A stretch of DNA of 64,000 bases from Octopus vulgaris (GCA_951406725.2 OX597820.1:5580001-5644000); one strand, 5' to 3'. Numbered from the stretch's first letter, positions 15,201 to 29,390 are shown. The notes: generated from the letters alone by a model not told the origin. Numbers and translations are program-made.

Positions 15201-18200
15201 CCGATAGATCATTTTATCGATTACGTTTGTCTAACCGCTAACTCATTTTATCGATCACTCTTGGCGGAGCGCTTTATCATTTTATCGATGTTACTTGGCA
15301 AACCGCTAGCTCATATAACGATCTCGAATGTCGAACCGCTAGGTCATTTTATCGAACACATTTGTCTAACCGCTAGATTAATTTATCGATCTCGATTGGC
15401 GAACCGCTAAGTTATTTTAACGACCTCGTTTGGCGAACCGCAAAGTCAATTTATCGATTTTCGATTGGTGAACCGCTACCTTATTTTATCGATCTCGTTT
15501 CGCAAACCGCTAGTTCATTTTAACGATCTCGTTTGGCGAACCGCTACGTTATTTTATCGAACTCGTTTGGCGAATCCCTATGTCATTTTATCGATGTCGT
15601 TTGGCGAACCGCTAGGTAATTTTATCGATTGGTGAACCGCTATCTCAATTTCTCGATCTCATTTGTCGAACCGTTAAGTCATTTTATCGATCTCGAATAC
15701 CGAACCGGTATCTCATTATATCGATCACGTTGTCAATCCGCTAAGTCATTTTATCGGTCTCGTTTGTCGTACCGCTAGATAATTTTGTCACTCATGTTTG
15801 TCGAACCGCTATTTCATTTAATCGATCTTGTTTGGCGATACGCTAGGTCATTTTATCGATCTGGTTTTGGCGAACCGCTAGTTCAATTTATCGATCACGT
15901 TTGGCGAAACGCAAAGTCATTTTATCGATATCGTTTGGCAAACCGCTAAGTTATATTATCGATGTTGTTTGGCGAACCGCCATGTCATTTTATCCATATC
16001 GTTTGGCAAACAGCTAAGTCATTTTAGCGATCACGTTTGGCGAAGCGCTATTTCATTTTATCGATTTCGTTTGTCGAACCGCTATGTCATTTTATCGATT
16101 TCGTTTGTCGAATCGCTATGTCATTTTAACGATATCATTTGTCGAACCGTTACGTCATTTCATTGATGTCGTTTGGCGAAGCGCTTTGTCATTTTCTCGA
16201 TCTCGTGGTGCGAACCGCTAGATCATTTTATCGATGTCGATTGTCAAAGCACTATTTCATTTTATTGATCTAGTTTGTCGAACCGCTAAGTCATTTCATC
16301 GATCTCGTTTGTCGTAACGCTATTCATTTTTTCGATCTCGTTTGTCGAACCGCTAGGTAATTTTATCGATCTCGTTTATGCGACCCGCTAAGTCAATTAA
16401 TCCAACTGGTTTGGCGAACTGCTAAGTCAATTTATCGATCTGGTTTGTCGAAACGCTAAGTCGTTTCAACGAATGCGGTTGATGGACCGCTAAGTCATTT
16501 TATGGATCTCGTTTGGCGAAACGCTAAGTCATTTTATCCATCTGGGTAGGCGAACCACTATGTCATTTTATCGATCTCGTGTTTCGAACCGCTAGTGCAT
16601 TTCATCGATCACGTTTGTCGAACCGCTAAGTCATTTTAACGAAATCGTTTGGCGAACCGCTAAGTCATATTATCGATCTCGAATGTCGATCCGCTAGGTC
16701 ATATTATCGATCACGTATGTTGAACTGCTATGTCATTTTGATGTCGTTTGGCGAACTGCTAAGTCATTTTATCGATCTCGATCGTCGAAACGCTAAGTCA
16801 TTATATCAATCAACGTTTGGCGATTCGCTATTTCATTTTTTTGATCTCGTGTGCCGAACCGCTTGTTCATTTTATCGAACACGTTTGTCGAACCGCTATT
16901 TCATTATATCGATGTCGTTTGGCGAACCGCTATGCCATTTTATCGATGTCGTTTGGCGAACTGCTATGTCATTTTCTCGACCTCGTTTGGCGAACCGCTA
17001 TGTCATTTTATCGATTGCGTTTGGCGAACCGCTACGTCATGTTATGGATCTCGAATATCGAACCGCTAGTTCATTTTATTGATCTAGTTTGTCGAACCGC
17101 TAAGTCATTTTATCGATCTCGTTTGGCGATACGCTACCTCATTTTATCGATCTCGTTTGGTGAACCGCTATTTCATTTTATCGATCTCGTTTGGCGATAC
17201 GCTACCTCATTTTATCGATCTCGTTTGGTGAACCGCTATTTCATTTTATCGATCTCGTTTCTCGAACTGCTAAGTCATTTTATCGAACACATTTGTCGAT
17301 CCGCTAAGTCATTTTATCGATATCTTCTGGCGAAGCGCTAAGTCATTTTATCGATCACGTTTGTCGAAACGCTATGTCATTTTATCGATCGCTATTAGCG
17401 AACCGCTAATTCATTTTATGCATGTCATTTGTCGAACTGCTATTTCATTTTATCGATGTCATTTGTCGAACCGCTGTTTCATTTTACCGATCTCGTTTCT
17501 CGAACCGCTACGTCGTTTTATCGATCAAGTTTGTCGAACCGCTAAGTCATTTTATCGATCTCGTATGTCGAACCGCTAGATCATTTTAACGATCTCGTTT
17601 GGCGAACCGCTTATTCATTTCATCGAACCGCTAGGTCATTTTATCGAACTCGTTTGGCGAACCGCTAAGTCATTTTATTGATCACACTTGTCGAACCGCT
17701 ACGTCGTTTTATCGATGTCATTTGGCGAACCTCAACGTCATTTTATCGATCCCGTATGTCGAACCGCTAAGTCATTTTATCGTTCACGTTTGGCGAACCG
17801 CTAAGTCACTTTCATCGATTACAATTGTCGAACCGCTACGTCATTTTATTGATTTCGTTTGGCGAACCGCTAACGTCATTTTATCGATTTCGTCTGTTGA
17901 ACCGCTAAGTCATTTTCTCGATCATGTTTGTCGAACCGCTCCGTCATTTTATCGATCTCGTTTGGCGATCCGCTAGGTCATTTTATCGATATCGTTTGTG
18001 TGAACCGCTATGTACTTTTATCGATCTTGTTTGGTGAACCGCTACGTCATTTTATTGATTTCGTTGTCGAACTTCTAGGTCATTTTATAGATAGAGTTTG
18101 TCGAACCGCTAAGTCAATTTATCGATCTGGTTTGGCGAACCTCTAAGTCATTTTATCAACCTCGCTTGGCGAACCGTTAAGTCAATTTAACGATCTTGTT

Positions 18201-19373
18201 TGGCGAACCGCCAGTTCATTTTATTGATCACGTTTGTCGAACCGCTAAGTCATTTTATCGATCTCATTTGTCGAACTGCTAAGTTATTTTATCGATTCCA
18301 TTCGTCGTACCGCTAAGTCATTTTATCGATATCGTTTGTGCGAACCGCTAATTCATTTTATCGATTACGTATGGTGAACCGCTGGATCATTTTATCGATG
18401 GTGTTTGGCGAACCACTAAATCATTTCATAAGATTTCGTTTGGCGAACCGCTAAGTCATTTTATCCACCTCGTTTGGCGAACCGTTAAGTCATTTTATCG
18501 ATATCGTTTGGCGATATGCTACGTCATTTTATCGATTTCTTTTTGCGAACCGCTAAGCCAAATGAAATAGCGAATCGCCAAACGTTGATTGATATAATGA
18601 CTTAGCGTTTCGACGATCGAGATCGATAAAATGACTTAGCTGTTCGCCAAACGACATCGATAAAATGACAGCGGTTCGCCAATCGAGATCTATAGAATGA
18701 ACTGGCGGTTCGCCAAACAAGTTCGTTAAAATAACGTAGCGGTTCGCCAATAGTAATCGATAAAATGACTTAGCGCTTCGCCAAACCAGATCGATAAAAT
18801 GATATAGCGGTTCGACAAATGCAATCGATAAAATGAACTAGCGGTTCGACAAACAAGATCGATAAAATGACTTATCTGTTCGCCAAACGACATCGATAAA
18901 ATGACATAGCAGTTCAACATACGTGATCGATAATATGACCTAGCGGATCGACATTCGAGATCGATAATATGACTTAGCGGTTCGCCATTTATCGATCTTG
19001 TTTGTCGAACCGCTATTTCATTTTATCGATCTTGTTTGTCTATGCGCTAAGTTATTTTATCGATTTCGTTTGGCGAAACGCTAAGTCATTTTATCGATCT
19101 TGTTTGTCGGACCGCTAGGTCATTTTATCCACCTCGTTTGGCGAACCGCTAAGTCATTTTATCGATATCGTTAGACGATCCGCTAAATCATTTTATCGAT
19201 CTCGAATGTCGAACCGTTAAGTGATTTTATCGATATCGTTTGTCGAACAGCTAAGTCATTTTATCGAACACGTTTGGCGAACCGCTATGTCATTTTATCG
19301 ATATCGTTTGTCGAACCGTTAAGTCATTTTATCGATTTCGTTTGGCGAACCGTTACGTCATTTAATCGATCTC
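12273..19373 (+). repeat. Satellite array, 34-bp unit gtcattttatcgatctcgtttggcgaaccgctaa, about 209 diverged copies
   Basis: Head-to-tail units without spacers over ~7.1 kb. Each unit carries an ATCGAT palindrome and a GCG-AAC-CGC micro-hairpin. Confidence 0.97.
18560..18987 (-). repeat. Inverted block (~12.6 units) within the 34-bp satellite
   Basis: Units read as reverse complement (gataaaatgacttagcggttcgccaaa). Both ends match 16650-16838. Confidence 0.95.
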
Positions 19374-20381
19374 CAAAATGGTCTGATTTTACGTGAGTTC
19401 AAGCCCACCTGAAATAAAATACGAGTTACCTGGTAATTTATTGCTATTAAAGTGTTTGAAAATGTTGCGTTTTGCTAAAATACATGTTATTCTTACAGGT
19501 AAATTCATCTTGAAATGTATATTACCGATGACATTTAATGCAGAAAATGTTAAATGGCGGATTTCAAGAAATTTCGTGGGGAGACAGATACATAGACAGA
19601 TAATTAGCTAAGTAGACAGACAGGTGAATGGGCTGTTAGCTAGAGACACACAGACAAACAACCATATAGAGAGGCAGTTAGCTAACATAACAGATGAGCA
19701 AACTGGGATTTTCAAATTTTGGCAGGAGACCAACAGTTGTAGAGGATTGGGGTAGGGGATTGCTTCGATTTGGCTGTTTTTGATTTATTGTCACCGAAAG
19801 GATGACAGGTATATTGGAAAGGATTTGAACTCAGAGTGTAATGCCAGAGAGAAAATGTCACGAAGAATTTTCGTCCGGCGTGATAGCGATTCTTTCTGCA
19901 CACCGCCTGTGAGACGTAAATTAATACTAAACGTATATTCATTACATAGCTATCTGTACACACATGCACACGTGCATAACGACATAGATACATACATGAA
20001 TGCATGCACACACGCACACATACACATACATATATACATAAATACATACACATATACATACATGCATATATACACACATACATACATTCATACATACGTG
20101 CATACATGCATACATACATACATACATACATACATACATACATACATACATACATACACACATCACACATACATACATAAATACATACATACATACATAC
20201 ATACATAAATACATACATACATACATACATACATACATAAATACATACATACATACATTCACACACACATACATACATACATACACATACAAACATACAT
20301 ACATACATAATTACATACATACATACATACACACATACATACATAAATACATACATACACACTCATACATATTTGTGTGTG

Positions 20382-20707
20382 AAGATGCAGAATGGCTTAG
20401 TGGTTCGGGTATTCGACTCACAATCGTAAGGCTACGTGTTCGATCTCTGGCAGCGCATTGTATCCTTGAGTAACCCACTTTATTTCATGCCACCCCAGGC
20501 CACTCGGCTGGCAAAAATGAGTGGTGCCTATTTATTCAAAGGACCAGCTGTAGCACGTTCTGTGACACGCTAAATCCCTCTGAGAACTACGTTAAGGATA
20601 CGCGTGTCTGCAGGGTGCCCCAGCCACCTTCAGGTTGATTACACGAGCAGGATGTTTCGTTGATTAGATCAAATGGAACGCTCATCGTCGTAACCGACGG
20701 AGCGCCA
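20382..20707 (+). mobile_element. tRNA-derived SINE (core A, tail 2), diverged
   Basis: tggcttagtgg and gttcgatctc boxes, core cactttatttcatg...cactcggctggcaaaaatgag, tail gagaactacgttaagg...gtcgtaaccgacggag as in 8020-8400. Confidence 0.75.
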
Positions 20708-20756
20708 GCTGTTCGATGCTTAATGTAGTGAACCCCGAAGACGCTAAAACCATTGA

Positions 20757-20978
20757 CCCTTTAGTGTTCGCATTATTCTGCCAAAATCGATGTTTTTTTA
20801 TCCACATTGTTTTTGGACTAATCATGAATTATCTTGTAGCTATGAGATTTTGATGAGGTAGCTGTTAATTTTTAAAACGATATTGTAGGGTTGGTGTGAG
20901 AGACCAGATCTGGCCAGTTGGAATATAAAACCGGCGGAATACTTTTGGCCGGATATGGCCAGTTAAAATGCTAAAGGG
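20757..20978. mobile_element. piggyBac-type MITE (222 bp)
   Basis: TIRs CCCTTTAG and CTAAAGGG flanked by ttga and TTAA. Confidence 0.65.
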
Positions 20979-21074
20979 TTAACATTCTTTCATAAGTTTA
21001 CAATAGTTTCCTTCCAGTTCTGCTTCTACAACTGCTAGTACCTCTTTTAACGACCTTGTCCGCTAGAGGGACAC

Positions 21075-21492
21075 GGCCTGAAATTTGGTGGGAGGGGTCT
21101 GGTCGATTACATTCACTTCAGTGCTCAGCTGGTACTAATTTCATCGACTCCGATAGGATGAAAGGTAAAGTCGACCTCGGTGGAATTTGAACTTAAAACG
21201 TAAAGGTAGATCAAATGTCTCAAAGCATTTTGCCCGGCGCCATAACCACTCAGCCAGTTCACCACCTTAGTAATAATCGTTTCTATTAAAGGCACAACGC
21301 CCTTTAATTTGGGGGCGGGGTAGGGGGGTAAGTCGATTACATCAACGACCCCACTGTTTCGATGGTACTTAATTTATCGATATCGAAAGGATGAAAAGCA
21401 AAGTCGACATCCGTAGAATTTGAACTCAGGACGTAAAGACGGACTAAATGCCTTTAAGCGTTTTGCTCGGCGCTCTAACCAATTCACCGTCT
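21075..21492 (-). mobile_element. Two diverged family C SINE copies
   Basis: ggatgaaaggtaaagtcgacctcggtggaatttgaac and ggatgaaaagcaaagtcgacatccgtagaatttgaactc. Confidence 0.75.
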
Positions 21493-21495
21493 TAG

Positions 21496-22070
<575 letters not shown>

Positions 22071-22497
22071 GGCCAACAGACCAGATATAGTTGTCAGAGA
22101 CCATGAAAAAGAAAAAAATGCTTTCTAATTGATGTATCAATACCGGCAGATGACAACGTGTCTCTAAAAGAAATGGAGAAACTCTCAAAATACAAAGACC
22201 TGGAAATAGAGGTAACTAGAATGTGGAATCTGAAAACAGAAACAATTCCTATCATAGTAGGCGCATTAGGCATGATAAAAAAATATTCAGACAAATACAT
22301 AACAAAAACACCAGGACTTACAAACACATATAACATACAGAAAATTGCACTACTAGGCACTGCACACATCCTACGCAGAGCACTTTCCATACAATAACCA
22401 TCAGAGCATCACAACAAATCACAGCACATACCCAAGGCACACAGAGCTGCGCTCGGTAGTGAAGTGAAAGCACGCTATAAAAATAAAAATAAAACTA

Positions 22498-22500
<3 letters not shown>
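22071..22500 (+). mobile_element. 5'-truncated R4/Dong-like (restriction-like endonuclease) non-LTR retrotransposon 3' end
   Basis: ANRPDIVVRDH...LIDVSIP...KEMEKLSKYKDLEIEVTRMW...PIIVGALG...QKIALLGTAHILRRALSIQ* is a PD-(D/E)xK RLE domain. Flanked on both sides by (TAA)n. Confidence 0.88.
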
Positions 22501-22530
<30 letters not shown>

Positions 22531-23204
22531 CGTTTATTAACAGTATTATTACGACTACAATCACAAAAATTTGTTTCTGATTTCGTCGCAAGCCAGCAAT
22601 TTTAAGGGGAGGGAGATCAGTTGATTACATTGACCCGAATATTTGACTGGTACTTCATTTCATCGATCTCAAAACGATGGATGACAAAGTTGATTTTGGC
22701 GGGATTTCAATGAAGAACAAACTTCAAAGGAATGAAGTCCTGCAAGGCATTTTTTCCGATGTTCAAAAGTTCTTTCGCATCAAGCGGATGTACACCTAAA
22801 TTTTTAAAAAAAGACAGAGAGAAAGTGGGAGAGAGAGAGAGAGGGAGAGAGAGAGGAAGAGAGAGAGAGAAGAGAGAGAGAGTGAGAGAGAGAGAGGGAG
22901 AGAGAGGGGGGACTGAAAATGACAGTTAACAACAAAGAATTAATAACTGGACATAATTGGGCAAGAAATAAAATCTAAGAGCGGAAAATCTGTATCATCT
23001 CTAAAGAAATCTTTTGTTGTGATTCAACAAATATTCGTTTGATATTAATTAATTTACTATCTGAAAATGTAACTCTAAGGCTTTCTTTAACATAATATAG
23101 ACTTGTTTTCATGGCAACAGTCAAGGGATCACACGTCACGTTTGTCAGTACTAAGACAAAAATAACAGTTTTTGGTCATTAAGATCATATAATCAAAATA
23201 ATAA

Positions 23205-23797
23205 AGCGGCGAGCTGGCAGAAACGTTAGCACGCCGGGCGAAATGCGTAGGCGTATTTCGTTTGCCGTTACGTTCTGAGTTCAAATTCCGCCAAGGTCGA
23301 CTTTGCCTTTCATCCTTCCGGGGTCGATTAAATAATTACCAGTTATGTTCTGGGGTCGATATAATTGACTTAATCCGTTTATCTGTCCTTGTTTGTCGCC
23401 TCTGCGTTTAGCCCCTTGTGGGTAGTAAAGAAATATGTATTTCGTCTGCCGCTACGTCCTGTGTTGAAATTCCGCCGAGGTCGACTTTGCCTTTCATCCT
23501 TTTGGGGTCGATTAAACAAGTACCAGTTACGCACTGGGGTCGATATAATCGACTTAATCCATTTGTCTGTCCTTGTTTGTCCCTTCTGTGTTTAGCCCCC
23601 TGTGGGTAGTAAAGAAATAGGTATTTCGTCCGTCACTATGTTCTGAGTTCAAACTCCGCCGAGGTTGACTTTGCCTTTCATCGTTTCGGGGTCGATAAAT
23701 TAAGCACGATTGAAACACTGGGAGCCGCTGTAATTAACAAGCCCCCCAATAAAAAATTGGCCTTGTGCCTGGAGTAGAAAGGATTATTATTATTATT
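23205..23797 (+). mobile_element. Family C SINE with three tandem internal units
   Basis: One head followed by three iterations of tatttcgt...aa(t/c)tccgcc(a/g)agg...gactttgcctttcatc, ending in an (att)n tail. Confidence 0.85.
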
Positions 23798-23942
23798 AAT
23801 GTGTTCTACCCTCAACCAATAACTTCGCAGGTGGTCCACCTGGGTGATGTATTTTTAAGTTATATTACAATATAGAAACGGAAGCAGTTATTTGTTAATC
23901 GTGTTATCTAAATCTCTTTCATTACTTGATACTACTTATATC

Positions 23943-23973
<31 letters not shown>

Positions 23974-24080
23974 CAATATTAGATATGTACATATCTAATA
24001 TTGTATGTATATATTTTATTAATTTGCCTGTACGGCTAATAATTCGCTTACCACTTGTGATGGTATTTTAATAATAACAT

Positions 24081-24155
<75 letters not shown>

Positions 24156-24274
24156 TGTATGTATGTATGTATGTATATGAAACTTAAATCCTCTCCACAC
24201 ATGCATATATATCCGTATATATTCGTATATATTTATACATACATACGGGAGACGGGATATATATACATATGAAT

Positions 24275-26597
24275 ATCCGACATGGCATCGGTCTGGGCAG
24301 CAGCCATCTATGCTGGATCTGGTACTCACCCGCTATCCAAGATCAGTGTCAGGCTTATCTGTGTGCGCCCCGCTTGCCAAGAGTGATCATGCGGTCCTGA
24401 AGTTCGACATGCACACAACTTTTTCTACGCCCACGACTACTTCGCTGCCACGTAGAGTCTTCTCTACAATTAATCTTGAAATTCTAACCGAGGCTTCCGC
24501 GCTTCTGGACTGGCGATCCCTGATGACGATGTCCTCAGTTGACGAACTATGGTCGTCCCTCAAAGCAAATGTAATCTGGTTGACTGACCAAGCAGTTCCC
24601 GTTGGGCTTCCCAAGAAGAAGGAACACAAGCCCTGGGTGACGAAGAAGGTTAAACGAGAACTTCGACTCAGAGATATTGCTTGGGCTGAATTCAAAAATC
24701 TAGATTCGAGTACAGCTTTTGAGGTGTACAAAACTCAACGAGACCGAGCCGTGAAAATTGAAAAAGAAGAACGCTTCAGATATAAATACAGAATCGCGGC
24801 AAACGCCAGTCGCAATCCAAAAACCTTCTTTGCCCATGTCCAACGGAATTCCCGCTTGAACAACCAAATTGCAACGTTGGTAGACTCAACAGGCGTATCG
24901 ATTGAGGACCCTTACCAACAGAGTCAGTTAATTACCGAGGCTTTTTCAACTATTTTCAAACAAGATGATGGTCGTGACCCCACTCCATTTGATAGATCGG
25001 TACCTCCAATGCTTAGATTGGTCATCACGCGGGACGAAGTCGAACGCGTTATTCAAGGCTTCGATGTCAACAAGGGTTACGGCCCCGACGGCATACACCC
25101 ACGGGTTATCAAAGCGTTGGCTCCGGTCATCTGCGACGTCTATTCAATATGTCATTAGCGACGGGTGTTATACCTGCGGACTGGAGAACATCGATAATCT
25201 GCCCAATTTTCAAGAAAGGGAGCCGCGAAGACTCGCTTAACTACCGACCGGTTTCTCTTACTTCAATAATCAGCAAGATGTTCGAAACCATCCTTAAGAA
25301 AAGTATGATGCTCCACCTCCAAAACACAGCCTCTATCTCTGATTCCCAACACGGCTTCGTGCCGAAGAGATCATGCTTGACCAACTTACTGGTAATGGAA
25401 GAATTAGTGACGCGCATCCTCGATGATGGTGATGCTGTTGACATCGTTTTATTGGACTTTGCCAAAGCTTTTGACTCGGTAAACCACCGCCTATTACTTG
25501 TCAAGCTTCAAGCATATAGCTTCCATCCGGATATTGTACGATGGGTTGGTGCCTTCCTCTCAGATCGCTCCTTCCAAGTCTAAGTTAATGGTTCGCTGTC
25601 CGACGTCTCCAGTGCGAGCAGTGGCGTGCCTCAAGGTTCAGTGCTTGGGCCCTTATTGTTCTTAGTCTTCATAAATGACTTGCCCGACGACCTTATGCAA
25701 CACACCCTTCTATTTGCCGATGATGTCAAACTAGTCGCTCCTCGCGGTGATATAGAGGATCTTCGTCGATGCCTCCACCAAATTTGGAGATGGTCTAACG
25801 AATGGGACCTGTGTCTGAACGTGTCAAAGTGCCGTCATCTGCCTGTTGGCTCTCCTCCTGCAACTCAACTTGATTTCGAGCCGAGTCGTCTGCTGCTGGA
25901 GAGATCAGGTAAAGGATCTTGGTGGATTCTTCCTTTTCGCCCTCGGCCCAGTGCGTCCATGCTGCCAACAAAGCACACGGGGTTCTGTTCTTGATTCGAC
26001 GGTCATTCGGAATGCTCGCAGCAGCCATATTCCTACCGCTCTATGTCACGCTGGTGAGACCCATATTGGAGTACGGGATTCAAGCCTCTTCTCCTTATCT
26101 CCTCAAAGACATACAGCATCTCGAAAGAGTCCAGAAGCTGGCTACCCGCATGGTTCTTGGCCTCAAGCATTTGTCTTATGAAGAAAGGCTGAAGACGCTC
26201 GACCTTTATTCTCTAGAAAAACGACGACGCCGTGGTGATCTCATTCTTGCTCACATCATAAGCGGAAAGTGTAACCTCTCAAAAGAGCTGTTCTTCACTC
26301 CTGCTCCAGAGCGTCGGCTGCGGGGTCACTCCGAAAAGCTCTATCTGCGACGATTTCATCTCAATCGAAGGAGAGGGGCTTTCTCCGCCCGGGTTGCGGA
26401 TCCGTGGAATAAGCTGCCGGACGAGATAGTGAAGATGCCGACGACCGCTCGGTTCAAAGTCTCCCTTGACTACAAGTGGCCTGAACTCTTTACATGAACA
26501 CCACCCTGTACATAACTCCTTATCCCCCTACATGGCCTTGCTATTTGCTTTTTGAGCCAAAAAATTAACTAACTAACAAACTAACTAACTAACTAAC
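24275..26597 (+). mobile_element. 5'-truncated CR1-group LINE pol pseudogene (end of APE endonuclease plus RT) with (TAAC)n tail
   Basis: LDLVLT..PLAKSDH (EN end), GPDGIHP, NYRPVSLTS, QHGF, LDFAKAFDSVNH, PQGSVLGPLLF, LFADDVKL, RRRRGDLI, WNKLP. Frameshifts near 25145 and ~25900 and an in-frame TAA at 25581. Confidence 0.95.
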
Positions 26598-26629
26598 ATA
26601 TGTATGCAAGTATATATTTTTTTATTCAT

Positions 26630-26790
26630 TTATTTGTTTCAGTCATTTGAATGCAGTCATGCTGGAGCACTGCTTTTAGTCGAACAAATTGACCCCAGGA
26701 ATTATTCTTTGTAAGCCTAGTACTTATTCTATTGGTCACTTTTGCCGAACCGTTACGAGGACGTAAACACACCAGCATCGGTTGTCAGGC
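26630..26790 (-). mobile_element. 3' part of a family D SINE
   Basis: tgtttcagtcatttg...catgctggagcac...tattctattggtcacttttgccgaaccg. Confidence 0.8.
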
Positions 26791-26799
26791 TATGGTATA

Positions 26800-26847
<48 letters not shown>

Positions 26848-27523
26848 GCAATTGGATAGTCGTTGACTTATCTGAGTCCATCTCCTTTGACGGATTTTGT
26901 GGTTCCACGTAGGGTGACCAAAAACCAAAAACCACCCTTCTCTCATGTGCGTGCGTATGTGCGTGCGTGTGTGTGTGTGCACGTGTGAGTGGATGCTCCC
27001 GGCGTTTACTCTTTGCAGGTTTCGACTCCACTTGCTAATTACATCAACCCCCACTTTCACTCCTACGCGTTCTTACGTGGTTTGTCGCAATCAGAGGTGG
27101 GATCTACATACGGGCGAACGCGCCCCCCCCCCCCACAATCGCACATATATCATTGTGTGTGTATGTATTTGTATGTGTAGGTATTTATGTGTATGTGTAT
27201 GTATGTGTGTGTATGTATTTATGTGTGTGTGTGTGTATTTATGTATGTGTATGTATTTGTATGTCTATGTATTTATGTGTATTTATGAGTATGTATTTAT
27301 GTGTATTTATGTGTGTGTATGTATGTATTTGTATGTGTATGTATTTATCTGTATGTATGTATGTATGTGTGTGTGTATGTATTTATGTGTATGTACGTAT
27401 TTATGTGTATTTATGTGTGTGTATGTATGTATTTGTATGTGTATGTATTTGCATACTATGTTTCTATACATATACATATATATGCATGCATGTATATATA
27501 TGTACATAGAGTGATAGATAGAT

Positions 27524-27569
<46 letters not shown>

Positions 27570-28718
27570 AAGTGTGAGAGAAAGAGATCGGGAGCGAGAG
27601 AGGGTGCACGAAGGCAAGGAGGCGCAGGAATGCTTACCTGATGGCGATATTACAAGCAATTATATATGAAACATATTAAATAAATAGAAACGTTCAAGTA
27701 TTTTTGTATAGGGTTATGTTTTGATTTATGAGACACTCAACTGCACAAACACTCACGTAGGTACGCACACACACACACACACACACACGGGTACACACAT
27801 ACATGAACACGAACACACACATACATGAACACGAACACACACGAACACGAACACACAAGCACCTCCACGCAGCCCCACGCACATGCAGATGTATGTATGT
27901 AAGTAAGTATGTATGTATGTATACGTATCAATATCTATATCGCTTTATTTATGTAAATATCTGTGAATGTAAAGCTGTGCCGAAGAGATGAGTAAATTTT
28001 CAAAAAAAAAAAAAGGCGAAAAGAAAAAAAAAACGAGGAAAAATGGAAATAACCCAGCTAATTAGCTGGCGAAAAATAAATAAAAATTCTGCGCCATACA
28101 CCTGTCGTACGCTTCAGATGTCGCCACTGTATGCACCGACAAGGGGTCTCCGTAAATTATGTTGAAGTAGCTCGGTGAAATATCGTTAACATTGTACAAA
28201 ATTATAATATATCTACATGAAACAAGTTATATATGCATGGCTACGTCACTAAGTAAACAGCCGATGTACAATGCGTTTGTTTTTTTATTATCTTTTAAAA
28301 TGTGTTACTGTTCTTTGAAGTGCTGTTACATAGATACAATTTGTTGGAACCCAAGAAACAAAACAGAACTGATGCTTTCTGAAATGTTTGCTGCATGAAC
28401 GGATATTGATAAAAGAAACTCATTAGGAAATAGTTCTAGTTTACATTGAGACGTAGATAGCAAATCTCTGGCTTTGATACCATTTTCTACGCCATTTAAC
28501 CTTTTGTTTCTCTCAAATTGCGGACATTTTCATACTCTGATGTCTGACACAACGACGTCCAAAAACACACAATAATGGAGTCTGTTAAGGTGCGTAAACA
28601 TACGCAAACATATAGAAATACTTATGGATATACATACATACAACATACATATATGTGTGTGCATGTGTGTGCGCGTAAGCATGCATACATATATTAATAT
28701 ACACGCGCATATATATAC

Positions 28719-28753
<35 letters not shown>

Positions 28754-29061
28754 CGTAAGCATACATACATATATTAATATACACGCGCACATATATATAC
28801 ACATATATATATATATGTGTGTGTGTGTATGTGTGTGTAAACAAGAAGTGAGAGGGATAAATGTGAGCTTAAATACGCATTTCCTGTAATTGTGATAAAC
28901 AGTGATAAAATACTGCCACGTCAACTATTTTGTAATATACGTTCTTTCATCTTATGGGTACAAATAATTAACTCTGAGTAACCACAACGTATCACAGACA
29001 CATAAGAGACACATGCTCACGGAAATACACACCCACATATATATATGTATGTATGTATGTA

Positions 29062-29133
<72 letters not shown>

Positions 29134-29347
29134 TGCATGCAGAGAAATAGGTAGATGTTGCTGTAATGTTTTTTCTATGAAAAGGAACAAACGCGAATGC
29201 TGATAAAAGGCCAATTTATAATATTTGTAACGAAATGACATAATCAAATGTCTTTATTCATATATTTATGAGAATACCGGTTTATCAGTCTAATGATGTT
29301 TATCTCCATGTATCTGTCTCAATAAATTATATATTTACATACATCTA

Positions 29348-29390
<43 letters not shown>

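Noticed and set aside
12678-18920. Repeat-protein ORFs in the satellite
   Set aside because: The 34-bp unit is not a multiple of 3. Short ORFs occur in all frames with frequent stops.
12273-19373. CRISPR array (34-bp partly palindromic repeats)
   Set aside because: Units are contiguous with no unique spacers, there are no cas genes, and the context is eukaryotic repeats.
24310-26497. Intact active LINE ORF2
   Set aside because: 5'-truncated with two frameshifts and an internal stop.
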